64,000 nt of DNA from Octopus vulgaris. Its lineage: Eukaryota. Each line of letters begins with the position of its first letter. Position 1 is the stretch's first letter. The notes under the pieces were generated by a model. It was not told the DNA's origin. It saw nothing but the letters and a program-made list of their open reading frames with translations, and did not search any database. Location: positions 59,582,001 to 59,646,000 of the forward strand of contig OX597828.1 in assembly GCA_951406725.2 (NCBI GenBank). Direction: 5' to 3'. The position numbers were made by a program, and so were the translations under genes. Shown here in pieces: positions 14,701 through 28,568 of the stretch.

Positions 14701-14799
14701 TTCGGTCGTTTTGACTACTTCTTCTAGCGTGTAAAAACTGCCTGTTGAAGGCAGTTTTCTCTTGTGTTTAAATGTACACTTTTATATATATATATATAT

Positions 14800-15324
14800 T
14801 AGGGTGTTAAAAATCGACTACATTGCTAGAAGTAAGAACTTAAATGTTCTGATGAGGTAATTAACGCACATGAATGAAAAACTTATACACTAACAGGGAT
14901 CATAATTGGCGGGAAAATGCCGACCGTTAATTCTTGAGACTGATACCCTAGTCACATTTAATGACAGTTAAGATTCTCCATTTTGGTGAAACATTGCAGC
15001 CTGCTGTTTACATTCATTTTGAGTGAACATATTAGCGAATCTCTAAATCATCCATTTATTTGGATGACGTGAGCATGAATGCTAATAGAGAAACAGGTCC
15101 GGAAATAGCCAAACACCTAACTGGCTTTACTGATGATGGCAACGGAAATTGCCGAAACTGATGTCAGTCTTAAGGGCTCTCGTTCGACATTTTTCGGACA
15201 ATTATGGTCTCTGTTAGTGTATGTTTTCATTCATGTGCTTTAACTACAGCATTAGAGTATTTTAGGTCTTATGTCTAGCAATGAAGGTGTCTTTTAACAT
15301 CCTAGTCACATTTAGTGACAATTA
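14800..15324 (+). mobile_element. PLE 3' end with inverted pseudo-LTR
   Basis: Diverged inverted repeat 14800-14944 / 15164-15304 and 24-bp direct repeat 14947-14970 / 15301-15324. Possible EN C-terminal remnant (NANRETGPEI), HHR core and left (TA)n. Confidence 0.7.
15123..15169 (+). ncRNA. Hammerhead ribozyme motif
   Basis: CTGATGA-t-GGCAAcggaaaTTGCC-GAAA-CtgatG-TC; stem I imperfect (ggct/agtc with a 3-nt offset). Confidence 0.6.
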
Positions 15325-17554
15325 TAATTCTTCTAGTTTATTTACCGAACCAGTATTCGTATCGTACGATGCAATACCTCGTCATACACAGACGTTATCG
15401 TGTTTCTGAATATATGTTTTGCGCAGGTTAATTTAAACTCAGTTTTATATACAATAGAAAAGTAAGCTACAAATTTACTAGGTAACAACTTTAGAGGATT
15501 TTTAGTTTAAATGTATACCACCAAATTTTATACGTGTCAAAATATACTATATTCATATATTCCATTTGCATGTACAATATATATTTAATCTTTTCTCAAT
15601 GAGATTCAAGAATTCATTAGGTGAACACTGATTGGTTGTTGTCTACAAATTTAGGCGATTTCAACATCTAAAAACTTAATATATCTTGTTCATATACAAC
15701 TGTAATAACACACGATCGATGTAGTCATCATGATTGACACAAATTTTCATCAAATCAAATACTGACAAAGACTAGTGCTAGCAATGTGAATTTCAAATCT
15801 AATCTGCATCATGTAATAACCAGACAATGAATATCATTGTGGAGCAGTTTCCTTCAAAGAATTCTATGATCAACAATGCCAAAGACGTTCAAGAATTCAA
15901 TAAAAACGACAGTCGAACACCGACCAGCAATTCTTGGATATTAACAGTAATTTTGAATGAGACATTGGTAGATGAGTGTTATCTACAGAGATCAAGCTGA
16001 GAAGAATAAAAAGATTGAAATTCTCGAGAGAATGGATTTAGAGAAAATATACAGTTTTCTCCGCGTGGTTTCAATTTCACAGAGAAGAGAAATAAAACAA
16101 TACTGAGTGTAATTAAAGCAGGAACATTTTCACTTGGAGGGAAATGTTCCTACAAGGAATTATAGAATTATAGGTTTATAATTTGAGAGAGTGTACATAC
16201 TTCATGTACAATTAATACAAATGACATTTACGTAAATGCTACAACAGCCACTAGATAGACCAGTTTTTAAAATAGATTCCATGAAACTTTATGACCACGT
16301 TGCGATATGAACATTAGGAGCTTATATCCATGGAAACATGGAAACCGGGGCAGTGTTTGCTTTAGGCAAAATTTAGGTGTTATTATTTAATATTAAAGGA
16401 TATACTGAAGTACAATTAGGGCATTTGTTGTTGACAGTAGCAGAAGGAGTCTTCCCCTCTCTTATTTTTCATCAGAAAGCTCTTAAATAATTTTCAGGAG
16501 TCTTTTGTACTCCTTTGTCAAAAATGCAGTGAGTCAGCGAATTAATATTGGGGGCCTGTAATTAAGCAAACTGTTATTCGCGAGTAATAATAACTGAGTA
16601 AATATATAAATAAGAGTTTAGGAGTTATAGCTGAGGGCGCGCGTTTATGCAGTGTCATTTATGAAATTTATATTTCTTGTCTGGCGGTCATGTTTCAAGA
16701 GATAGTGGTGGTGTGTTTATTCATCTCAGTTGGTAGTGAAAGATTTCCTCTGGAAAATAGCTGTTATTACATCAGGGAAGGCACTAGGCTGATCTATTTC
16801 GTTGTAACGTAGCCTGGTGAATATACATAATGATTAATGTATACCTGTTGTGACCAACCAGTATTTTACTGTCAGAGTCTATAAAGAACCGCCGTATGCA
16901 ATATAACCTTAATAGTTAAGAAATTCAAGAAGATTCGGTTGCGAATTCTAGCAATTCCATCGATTATATGGATTTTCTTTCATTGGTTCACACCGTTTCC
17001 TTGGCTTGTTACAGATTTTGGTTTGGTGAAAGATGGGTATTATCATATGCTTATTTCTTCTAGATCCGTCAAATAGCATGCATATTTACTGCCAAAAGTA
17101 ACTAATTGTAACTGATGTAGTTTCTACAAGATTTATCCTTTGGTCCGAAACAATAGGTATTTTGCATGGAGACGAAAAACGTATTGTATTGATTTTGTCG
17201 TGGCGTAATCCCAAAATAAACGGTCACAGTCGTCTAAGATTTTAACAGTAGAATCTCTTAAGGATCAAGGAAAATTAGAATAAGGGAATATTCGAATCTT
17301 CTTTGGTGAAAACGTCTTAGAATTATAAAATATTTTATGTCTGTGCCAGCAACATTGATACGAAAAGAGTCTTAGAACAGGACGTTACATAGATTGAAGT
17401 TGGCGTCAATGACTCTAAAGGTATATATAGAGTAATGTATGTCTTAAATAAAGTTGAAATTCTGATGATAAAACTTATAAAGAAAAATGTAGTGACAACG
17501 GACGAAATTTTGGCCCAGAGTAATTTGAGATGTTTTCATATCCGGGTAAGTGGT

Positions 17555-17605
17555 GAATGGTGATAGAATGGTGATAGAATGGTGATAGAATGGTGATAGA
17601 ATGGT
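17555..17605. repeat. 11-bp minisatellite (GAATGGTGATA)x4.6
   Basis: Perfect tandem copies visible. Confidence 0.9.
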
Positions 17606-18648
17606 ATTTTTATGTGTTAGATTCAGAGGAATTTAGCGGATGTTTCTCTTATTTCATTTTCTATTTCTACACTCGCAGTCTCTCCACTATTAGATCGATG
17701 GATGTGTATTCTTAAATCTTTTAAGTTATATAAAGTTGTCATACTTTTATGTGAATTGGTTTATTAAAATGCGGCTGATTTTAGACAGTGTATTCGTTAT
17801 GTTGTCTTCCATACCACTTATTAAATATTTATAAATATTTATGTAAATAATGCATAACGAAGGTGATATTTTTATAGACTAAATATATGTAGACAATACC
17901 GTTGGTATTAAGGTGAAAATTTAACATGAAATGGAGGAATGATAATTACTTTCAGACATATACATTCTTATAAAGATTTAGTTTTATCTTTGTTTTATCG
18001 TATAGATATCACTTATATTGCATTTAAAGTATATTAACCCAAACGCGAATTTCAGATTCCTCAATAATTTTCTTAATTTCTTGTATATTGCTTTGCAAAC
18101 GAAAAATGATAAATGGCTTTTCTGCAAATCAATGAAATTTATTTTGGTTATATAAAATGTTCATGTAATAAGAGAACTTTAAAACATTTAAGTTATTTTT
18201 TCTGCTGTACAATATCTTGTAGGTAATAGAAGCTATTACTATTTTGTTACACTTTAACAAGCTGCTATTAGATTATGTACGAATTTATTAAACTACATCT
18301 CCATACAAAAATTAGATAAAAATTAGCGACTTACGCTAGACGTAACAATAGTCAAGTTTAATTTTATGGGCACCAATAGAAGCGTATTTATAGATGTAAA
18401 ATCGGCAGAGATGAATTTCGTGGTCAGAGAGATAACATCGAAAATACAACAACGGAAGGAAGACATTGAGGAACGAAGAATTGGAATACTATTAGTATCC
18501 TTTAGATGATGGCTTATCTTATTTACCGACTCTGTACATAATTATAGGATGACCGGCCAAAAGGCATATAGATAGTTGTGTTCAGAATTCAGATGCAATC
18601 GAAGCTGGGCTTACCATTCGTTTATCCGGATTCAATAAAGTAAATACT

Positions 18649-18870
18649 TATTTCTTTACTACCCACACGGAGCTAAACACAGAGAGGACAGACAAACGGA
18701 TTAAGTCGATTATATCGACCCCAGTGCGTAACAGGCACGTATTTAATCGAGCTCTAAAGGATGAAAGGCAAAGTCGACCTCGGCGGAATTTGAACTCAGA
18801 ACGCAGCGGCACACGAAATACCACAAAGCATTTCATCCGGCGTGCTAACGTTTCTGCCAGCTCGCCGCCC
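18649..18870 (-). mobile_element. Abundant SINE (ggcggcgagctggcaga.. family) with 18-bp TSD
   Basis: TSD ttcaataaagtaaatact at 18631-18648 and 18871-18888; B-box-like gagttcaaattcc. Inserted into an older degenerate opposite-strand copy. Confidence 0.9.
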
Positions 18871-21800
18871 TTCAATAAAGTAAATACTAATCAGGTACTC
18901 AGATTAGTTTGGTAGATTATACAAGGCCCTCAATAGGTAGTCTTATTTTTATTGCGAACTTCTATTTAAAAACCAAGTGCAACTCTCATTGCTTCTGTAG
19001 TTTTTAGTTTCACTTTATTGTATTTTAACTTTTCTCCGTAACACTTGTCTCAATGTAGTAAATTTATTTTGCGGTATGGTGGGTGTACGTGTAAGTAATG
19101 GGATTTTGTATATATATATTTGTGTGCATACCTTATTATTCGCATGCTACATATTTTATGGAAAATACTTTTGTTTTCAATAATAACGTTATGGATATTT
19201 ATATATCAAATGGTTCGTTTACAGGGAGTCTTTGCATTTCTTTCAGAAACAGAAATTCGTCCTTTAGAATTCATATATCAAATAAGACCTTTTTTTTTAT
19301 GTAACATTGTTGACAATATATCAACCATTTAACTCAGTTTACCTATCTGTCTAAATCGACATGTCCAAGGGTATAATCTCTTCGTAACACTCTGAAGACT
19401 TACGTCGTATTTGGTTTCTTTTAAAGTCCTAACGTTTAGTATAGTTCCAATGTATCTCTGCTTTCCACTCACAACCAATCCATGCAACGATAGGATCGTT
19501 CTAAAACCATAAAATATAATTGATTTTTAAAATCATTTTAGATGTTATAACTTTCGTACTGTATTTCAGAAAATTCATTGTTCTTATTAATTAATGATTT
19601 TACTTTTACGTTCTTTGGATTACGCCTTCAGATGATATAACATTCTATGATTTCTCCAGTGCTTTTGTTTATTGCGTTTCGTATTTTAAACATTAACGAT
19701 AAAGGAAACAGTTTACTGTTTACTGTCCGTACTCCACACATAAGTTTTTCCTTTTTTACTGATGTTCGTGGTGGCGATACTGACCATTGATTTCTAATTT
19801 ATTCTATCTAGTACTTCGCAAAAAGGCTTTTTACGCTGGCATCGAAATATGGTTTGTTGAAGAAATTGCTTGATGTCGCTTTCTATAATCACGTGTTTTT
19901 TTGCGATTTATCTAATATCTCTTGTTTCAAGGGCTCTCTGACCTTGAGTACTGCCTTTTACGCTATATTTCTGTACTAACAACAAGAAAACACAAAGGCT
20001 ACACATATCAAGTAAATCTCAGAGTATCCACTATATTATCTGGCTATATCTCTCAAAGTTACTTTAGTTGTTAGGTCTCACTAACATTAAGTTATCTACG
20101 TTAAAAACACACCTTTGCGTTCAGTAGGACAGCATCCTAAAGTTTGGCTCCTCCCTTTCAGGCCAGGAGACATTTCAATCTCTAATAATTATTGACAGTC
20201 TACAAAACTCTGGTGAAGATCAAAATTTTGCTTCCTCCTGCATTTGAGATGGTGTTGCTGCACGCACAGACACTCTCATCCGTCTCCTATAAAAGGCTAC
20301 TGTCTGATTGTCGTAAAGTTACTTAAAGAAACTCTCCTCTCTGTGGCCCACACGCGCGTTTTATCCTTTTTCTACTTTTGCTACTGAAAATGCAATGGTC
20401 TCTGCTATATAGAGTTGGTTTGTGGCATAACATTTCAAATTAAGCACTCCTGCCCGGGGATTCATGCACCCATTTTCTCATACTAATTCTAACATTCAAT
20501 TTCTCCTTCTCATAATAATTTTCCTTTCGCATTCCCTTCCACCTCATAATTTTCTTCCAGGCTTGACTTACAAAGGTTCAAGATGGATGGCTGAAATCTC
20601 ATCAGTGTAGGAGGGATTAAGGAGGCCAAGAAAACATCATCTAAACTCTGTAAGTAAAAAGAAAGAATCTCTTGCATTTCTGTTTTCTCGTTTGTGACTT
20701 CACGGCGTAAGAAAATCAATTTCTTTTTATTTTCGATTTTCTCCCGTTTTCTTCGTTCAATGATGGAGTTTGATGCACCTCCTCAAGTAAATCTAAGACA
20801 GTATCAATTTTTTCCATTGTAACAACTGAAGCTGTAGCATATATTATTCAATTTATCTTACCGTTTTTGTGTATATCTGTTTCGATTATGTTTACACTAA
20901 CCATGTCTGCGCTTTCAATTGTTTTTGATCTTTTATCATTTAGTGTTTATATTTGTTATAAGTCTCTCGTTAGGCGCTTTTATTGATTTTATTTCTTTAT
21001 CTATTTTGCTTTTGTCATATTAATAATTTTTATCTTTAGATATTTCTGTTCTAAATATTTTTCAAATTTCTTTTTATATACCTTTCTATAGCATGTAGCT
21101 AGTTTAAATTTTGCTGTTCTATGTTCAAAAAGCGTTTTCGTATATGATTTTATTGTATTACTTTTAACTATTTTGCATGTCTTACATATAAAATAATGGC
21201 TTAAGTTCTCAAAGTTTAAATCTTCAATTTTATATATTTGTAAAATTTTCTGCTTTTTGTAGTTTAATTATTTAATGTCATTTGTATTTTCCTTACGTAC
21301 TTTTTCTTTCAAATATTAATTACGTTTCTGATACAAATTTGGTTTTGGACTGTAATGTTTTGAACTTGTCTTTTAAAAGTGAATTAATCTTTTACATTTG
21401 GATAATTTTGGTTGCAGATACTATACGTACTTATTGAAGTCGCTTGCGTTTATCAATAAAGAGTTACTGTAAATAATATAAATAGTATAGAAAAAGTATT
21501 TCATGTCATGTTTTCATTTAAGAGTTGCTAATTTATAAGTATTCGAAGAGCAAGATCCGACCCTTTATTTTGATTGTCGTTATCTTCGATAGTTTCCAGC
21601 CAATTTGTTTCTGGAGATGCAGGAATTTGGAAGCAATATCTTTTGCACTTTTATGCATAACATTCAAACTTCGGTTGACCGGGCTTACTTTATATTTCTT
21701 CGCCACGTTTACAAGAAGTTCAATGTGGCCTACAGAGGAGTAACAAGTTCAAAAATGAAGGCAGTATATTACCAAAATTTACACGAACATTTTTAAAGCT

Positions 21801-22063
21801 TCAAAAAGAAAATAGATTAATAAAATATAATCAATAAAAAGAAAATAAATGTTTCACATATAGCGCATTTCTAAAATATCATCTCGTGCTTTAACACACC
21901 CAGTAGAAATAGTTCACTGGGTTAACGATATAATAGTACACATTTTTCTTGCGTAGTGATCCTGAAGGGAAAAACGCATACCTGAAAACGTGTGGACAGA
22001 GATTGTTAAAAAGTCTGTCTGAAGTGTTCAGAAAGTACGTGAAGGGCCTGAATAGTTCCTGGC

Positions 22064-22387
22064 ATTTTATTGTTTATTTATGCATCCTTTTCAAGCCTAG
22101 TCAGGCTCATGGGCCCGGCTTCCCGGTTTCTATGGTGTATGTGTTCCTCTCAGCTGGACGGGACGCTAGTCCATCGCAGCGTTACTCAAGAAATAGGAAG
22201 AAAGAGTGAGAGAAAGTTGGGGCGAAAGAGTACAACAGGGGTCGCCACCCCCACCCCCCTGCCAGAGCGTCGTGGAGCTTTAGGTGTTTTCGCTCAATAA
22301 ACACACACAACGCCCGGTCTGAGAATCGAAACCACGATCTACCGACTGCGAGTCCGCTGCCCTAACCACTACGCCATGTGCCTCCAC
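22064..22387 (-). mobile_element. tRNA-derived SINE, head type R with tail B
   Basis: Head and body shared with 2744-3131; 3' part shared with 22400-22505. Confidence 0.9.
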
Positions 22388-22648
22388 TATATAAAATAAA
22401 TGCGTCCTTTTAAAGCCTAGCCAGGGTCATGGGCCCGGTTTCTCGGTATCTATGGCATATGTGTTCCCCAGCTGGACGGGACGCCAGTCCATCGCAGTGT
22501 TACTCCTTTTTGCCAGCTGAGTGGACTGGAGCAACGTGAAATGAAGTGTTTTGCTCAAGAACACAACGCGTCGCCCGGTCTAGGAATCGAAACCACAATC
22601 TTACGATCAGGATGCTAACACCCTAACCACTAAGCCACGCGCCTTCAC
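22388..22648 (-). mobile_element. tRNA-derived SINE, different head with CORE-like body and tail B
   Basis: gtgaaggcgcgtggcttagtggttaggg..ggtttcgattcc head; gttcttgagcaaaacactt..ccagtccactcagctg body. Confidence 0.85.
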
Positions 22649-23556
22649 ATAGTTCCTGGCTTTAGATAAAAGAAAATACAGGTGAATGAGGTTCACACAA
22701 TCATTGCAGCGGTCTTTCAGTTTTCAATATCCTGTAAAAGAACTCGGACGTTTGGACCTATATCTGTTATTCTTATTAATCTGCAGTTAGTGGGACATCG
22801 TCCATCTTTACGTTCTAAGTTCGAATTCCGCCGAGGTGAGTTGTACCTTTCATCTTTTCAGGATCAATGAAATCAGTATTACTTGAATCTTGGGGTTGGT
22901 GTCATCGACTAAACTCCAAAAATTGCTGGCCTTGTCTAGGGTACAAAGGATAATATTAACATGTAATTCAGTTCTGATTTACGCACAAATGCACAAACAC
23001 GCGCCCGCACGCACACATGGACACACGCTTGCGCACACATACACACAAGCACATATACACACGCACACACACACACACAGAATTTCGCTACATTCATTAT
23101 TCAATTATTTACATATAATCTAAATTGCCTGAGAATATTAGTTTGACGCTGATAATCAACAAAAAACACTGACAATATACAACCGAGCGGACCCATTAAC
23201 ATACCTCCTAACTTACAGAGCATCTTTCCATTTGCGAATGAATTAGAATAACGTAACTTGTATATTGAAAATATGCAAGTACCGTTACCTCAGGTGAAAT
23301 CATTATTCCGTCATTGTGTCTTTCTCTGTATGTGAAACTTTCATCTCTCCACGTAGCATTATTTTTTGTTTTATTTCCATAGATTTTGAGAATTCTTGCA
23401 GTTGCGTAAGATTTTGTCTTTCCTTCTCTTTTCCTTGGTGTTTTATATTGCTCATTTTTGACAATTTCTGTTTTTTTTTAACTAGTGTTCGGTATTTGAT
23501 GCCTCTTTTCAAACTCGTTTGTTTTTGTTTGATTCTTTGTGTATTGATCCTTCTAT

Positions 23557-23607
<51 letters not shown>

Positions 23608-23754
23608 GTACTCCCAAAGTCATTTCATTCAAGCCTCTTGTGTATGAAATTATACTTTTTTTTATATTACCCTTCTTATACCATCTTTTTCCTTTCACAA
23701 TTTAAGTATGTCAGTCATTATATCCCTTTGTATATACATACATACATACATACA

Positions 23755-23787
<33 letters not shown>

Positions 23788-24989
23788 TACTTTAGCCATC
23801 AAATAAAAGAAAATCATACACCACATTATCACACGCAAAAATATGATAGAGAGAGAGAAAGAAGAAAGAATTGAAAATGTAAAACGGATAAATATAAAAG
23901 TGAACAAAATATTTTATGAGAATATGATATATATGTGGATTTAGAAAACACTCAGGAAGCAAACGTCCTACGCATAGGAACACACACACGCATAATGATG
24001 TGGGGTATGTTATATCTAAAACTAGGTATATATTTTGGGAAGCAAGCATCATTCAAATAGACATGTAAATAAATGGAAAAAAAAAAGATTACTTATAGAC
24101 AGAATGAGGAGAAACGAGAAAGATTCAGGAGTAATTAAGGGATAAAATTCCTAATTTAGAGAAATACATAGGACGCGGTGGTGAACACGATGTATTTAGG
24201 TAAATAATTCCGCATCTAGCATTAATAGATCCGACAGACCGGAAATAATGACACATATAAGATATTTACCTATATAGTTTTGAACCTTTATGTGTTTATG
24301 AAGAATAAAATATTTTAATCGTATCTATGAAGATCACTATGAAATGAATATATGTGAACTTCAGGTGTTTTTATCTGTTTTAAGAGTAATTATTAGTTTT
24401 GTTTAGTCACACTATCATATTCTGTGTAAAAAGCAGCTGTCAGATATATATCGCAAAACCTAACAAAATAATTATCTTCTATCAATGACAATAGATATGT
24501 TGTACACACACAACAATTCCTAGATTCAATTACGAGATGTTATAAAACTTAAAACAGTATTTGTTATTATTGAAGGATTTCTATAGGATCAGTCTAGCAT
24601 TGATTATATGTTTTAAGATATCTATTGATAACATTAAACTGTTATTTCACAAAACTCATATTGACGTACCGCTTCATGAAACCTCTCCTATACATCTTGA
24701 ACAAGAACGTACGCAAGAAATGGCTAGAACTGCCTACGAAACCTGAGAAATGCAAATAACAAGAAGGACAAAAGCCTAAATACATTCTTGGAGCTTCAAC
24801 AATTTTACTGACTACAAATTTTACAATGTTTTATGACCTCTCTCTCTCTCTCTCTCATTCTCTCTCTCTCTCTCTATCAATCTCTCTTTCTCTCTCTCTC
24901 TCTATATATATATATGTGTGTGTGTGTGTGTTTATGTGTGTGTTTGTGTGTATGTATACATATATGTGTGTGCGCATGGGCATATATAT

Positions 24990-25151
24990 ATCGCTAGCCA
25001 CTACACATTCTTTACTTTCTCTCCTTGTTTCTGTGTTCCTTTCTGTGGAAGAGCGTAGGCTCGAAACGTTAAAGACTTTTGTATTTCCCGAGCGTTATAC
25101 AAATACATCTGTATTTGTATCGTCTTTTGTTTTTTTGGTGAATTCTCACTA
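24990..25151 (+). mobile_element. PLE pseudo-LTR fragment with HHR-like motif (25039-25074)
   Basis: cttt-CTGTGGAA-GAGCgtagGCTC-GAAA-CG-TT-aaag; flanked by (TA)n; sister of 58537-58740. Confidence 0.6.
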
Positions 25152-25262
25152 TATATATATATATATATAAGAGGGATGACCACTAAGTGGACATCCAATA
25201 TGCTAGATGTAGGCCCCATATGGTCTGACCACTAAGGAAAGAATGTTCTTTCCTTATACACA

Positions 25263-25342
<80 letters not shown>

Positions 25343-25347
<5 letters not shown>

Positions 25348-25637
25348 GGATAGATCGCTATTTAAATAGCGATCAAATCATGTGGCAGCATGGGAAGAAA
25401 AAACATTATACGTTATTTATAGTATTAAAATTATAAATAAGGGTAACTAAGAGATACCACCATGCTTGAAATAACTATTAAAAACTGAATCGACAACCAC
25501 ATCATGTATTCAATACAGAATATGGTGAAAAGACAAAGAGAAATAAATTACTCAAAAGTTTGAATTATCCAATTTTTTCACTCGTTTATGCATTTGTTTT
25601 TCCCCTTGTGCTGTATTGAATACATGATGGGGTTTTA
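25343..25637 (-). mobile_element. PLE pseudo-LTR fragment (same family as 3990-4306) with short internal inversion
   Basis: Reverse complement aligns with 4140-4306; inverted 19-mer at ~25500-25518 / 25612-25630; (TA)n on both sides. Confidence 0.55.
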
Positions 25638-25661
25638 TATATATATATATATATATATATA

Positions 25662-26130
25662 CGCTCATATTTTGCAAGATTTTTGATGTGAAATCGTGTG
25701 TTGAAACAGATATTGTTGTATTTAGGAATGGTCGTTTTGCCAGTTTAGCCAATAAAAACACACGCACTATATATTTGGTGTTACTTTGCGCTTCGGTGTT
25801 ATTTATTTTTTTACATTAATCTTAATCTTATTTCGGCCATAGTTCTTTCGTCACACTCTTGTGACCTCATCAATGGACCTTTGCTTTCTTCTTTCTTATT
25901 TCTGTGTCTCTCCTTACTAACGGTCAGCCATTTTGTATTTTGTATTCCTATTGTATGCGTATACCTCTATGTGTGTCTATGTTTAGTTAGTGTGGGTGGG
26001 GAAGAGCCTGTAATTTTTGTATCTCCTTCTTATATACGTCCGTGTAATTTGTTTTCGTTTTTGTTTATTTATATTTTGTTCACGTGTTTACACCTATTTG
26101 TTGTTATTATTTATTTTTTTATTTTTTAAT
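25662..26130 (-). mobile_element. PLE pseudo-LTR (sister of 10930-11355) with HHR 25837-25876
   Basis: High similarity to 10950-11350 in reverse; cca-TTGATGAG-GTCACAagagTGTGAC-GAAA-GaaC-TA-tgg; 3' end in (TA)n. Confidence 0.8.
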
Positions 26131-26159
26131 ACAAATAAACAAGCATTGTCCTTATGAAC

Positions 26160-26620
26160 CATAACCCCTTTCGTCAATCTTTCTGGACATTTCCTCTTCA
26201 GAGACTTTTGTAACTGCCTCCATTGATGGTGTGGCCCTTGTTAAAGATTTTCTTTTGCATTCCAAAGATCTCAGGCCATCATCCTCCATATAGATGAAAC
26301 GTCCATGGCCTTCTTAGGAGCAGGTGAGAAGGGGTGTTTACTGCGTACATTGGCTCTTCCTCTGCAATTCAAAGTGACGAAACCACCACTCATCCTGGTT
26401 TAGGAAGCGTTCGAAGAAACCAGCTGGATCTACCCCAAGGAATGTCAGATGTGCCCGTGATGTGATCAGCCACGTGCACTTTTGATCAGGTGTCAGATGA
26501 TGTGGCATCTACCGAGCAGAAGCTTTCTCCATTCCAAGTTCATTTCGCAGGATATTCTTAAATCTCTCAAGAGATACGCTAATAGTTTTTGCGGTTTGAT
26601 TTATAGAGTCAATCGCCTGT
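26160..26620 (-). pseudogene. Degenerate mariner transposase fragment
   Basis: Minus-strand LGMEKASAR*MPHHLTPDQK..FFERFLNQDEWWFRHFE..SPAPKKA..KGHTING, matching the WVPH-L and first catalytic Asp regions. Confidence 0.7.
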
Positions 26621-27743
26621 CATACTTCGCTATGTGGTGAATACAATCAATTAGTTCTTTGGTGGAGTCAGTTACAGGAGCTCCAGATACACTTTTTCTT
26701 CTGGTACTTGATAACACGACGATGCCTATTTCTGTTCATTTTCAAGAGAAGTCGCTAAAAGTTACTTTTAAGTCTTCTTTAAACGGTCAGATGTCTGTTT
26801 ACCTGGAAAGAAACAAAGTAGTTATTAATAAGAAAGGGTTGACATTAATGCATCCAAAATTTTATAGCTGTAACATCATTCCTTTATAGTCAGCCAATGA
26901 GCTTTTTTCAACCCGTCCGCTTACATCGAAACTCTGCTTACAGACATGAGATATTAAAACTGGAAAAAATTGATTTCTATAAAGAATAAAACAATTCTAG
27001 AGTTGTCTTCAGAATAAAAACCACCTAACTGAAAATGTTTAGAAACAATGATAACCAAGATAATTAAAATGTGAATAGGAAGATATTGAAATAAAAGAAT
27101 GATAAATTAATGTAGACATGGATGATGATGATGAACATATACAAACAAACAAAATGTTTATAACAACAAAAGAAAACGAATATTAAGTTCGGATAGTTTC
27201 TAGAGATGTATCTAGCGTGTAATGGTAATATTATATATATATAATTAGGAAAACAAAACAGAATTATTATAAGTCACTAATAAACTTTCCTTAATTTCTT
27301 GTTTTCTCTAATACCACGAAGAAACTATAATGACATTAAGACAAAAGAGGCAACGCAGATGCGAAAGACAGAGAGAAAGAAGTGAAGGTTAAGAACGGTA
27401 CCAGAGAAACAAACATTTATCGATTATTCTGCCTAAATTGTTTTAGCAATATACGTAAAATTATAAATTCCTTTGCAGTGCTAACAGCTTCTGTTTCTCA
27501 ACGACGTAAGTTTAAGTATGTAAATCTATGTTTATGCTTGCACGTAAGGGTGTGCGGCGGATTTGTATTAGGGCTGCTAGGCCAATTCTATACCAGAAAA
27601 TGTTGTTCAGGAACACAAGAGGGAAAACTGATTAAAATCATTTTTACTTCGATAGATTATTTGCTGCACACTGAATTTGATAGCTGTGCAATATCATAAA
27701 TAGATACACACGCATATCAATCTATCTATCTGTCTATCTATTA

Positions 27744-27815
<72 letters not shown>

Positions 27816-27856
27816 GATATATATGTATATATGTATATAGATATATATGTATATAG

Positions 27857-27905
<49 letters not shown>

Positions 27906-28165
27906 TACATACTGCATATATATGGGTTTAAATGTATAGGTTTAAAATTAAATAATATTAGAATATTTTAGATATGCAATTTCAATTCAAACAGAAAGAC
28001 GTTATGAAATGTCTCGACTAAATGTAAAGCAAATATACGTAATCATGTAGCGATATATGTAGAGTGGTCCAAACGATACAGGATCAAGCGCACAAACTAA
28101 CTGACGCTCAAAATAATATTTATACTAGAAAAAAAACCCTGGAAATATACTGAGCACAATGAGGA

Positions 28166-28338
28166 GGCCAGTCGATTACATCGGCCCCCCAGTACGGAAC
28201 TGGTGCTTAATTTGTCGACCCCGACAGAATGAAAGGTAAATTCGACCTTGGCAGAATTTGAACTCAGAACGTAAAGACAGACGAAATACAGCTAAGCATT
28301 TCGCCCTGCGTGCTAACGTTTCAACCAACTCGCCGCCT
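28166..28338 (-). mobile_element. SINE (ggcggcgagctggcaga.. family)
   Basis: Homology to 18649-18870. Confidence 0.85.
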
Positions 28339-28513
28339 TTTGTAGTAGTAATATAAAACCTTCATATATGAAGCGGTTCTTATACAACGGTCATAAATAT
28401 AATGTACACTGTATTTTTATATGAATAATATATAGTCTATTGACTAGTTTTTTTCTTCTCGCTAGACCAATGGTAGCAAATAATTTTTCTAAATTTTTTG
28501 CTACCCTAAGATT

Positions 28514-28568
<55 letters not shown>

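Larger units (their letters stand above)
22036..22750 (-). mobile_element. Mariner 3'-end remnant interrupted by a SINE dimer
   Basis: TIR-like tacgtgaagggcctgaatagttcctggc|ttt split by the insertion; minus-strand frameshifted FFYR..KL.DRC-like C-terminus at 22690-22750. Confidence 0.4.

Noticed and set aside
16300-17560. Very old LINE-like coding texture (also ~12400-12720 and 19700-20800)
   Set aside because: No diagnostic motif could be recovered reliably.
17555-17605. CRISPR-like repeat
   Set aside because: Contiguous 11-bp units without spacers, in eukaryotic DNA.
23480-23520. Further degenerate HHR-like strings (also ~28640-28690, 38840-38905, 51410-51455, 60311-60360)
   Set aside because: Core and helices are too mismatched to call.
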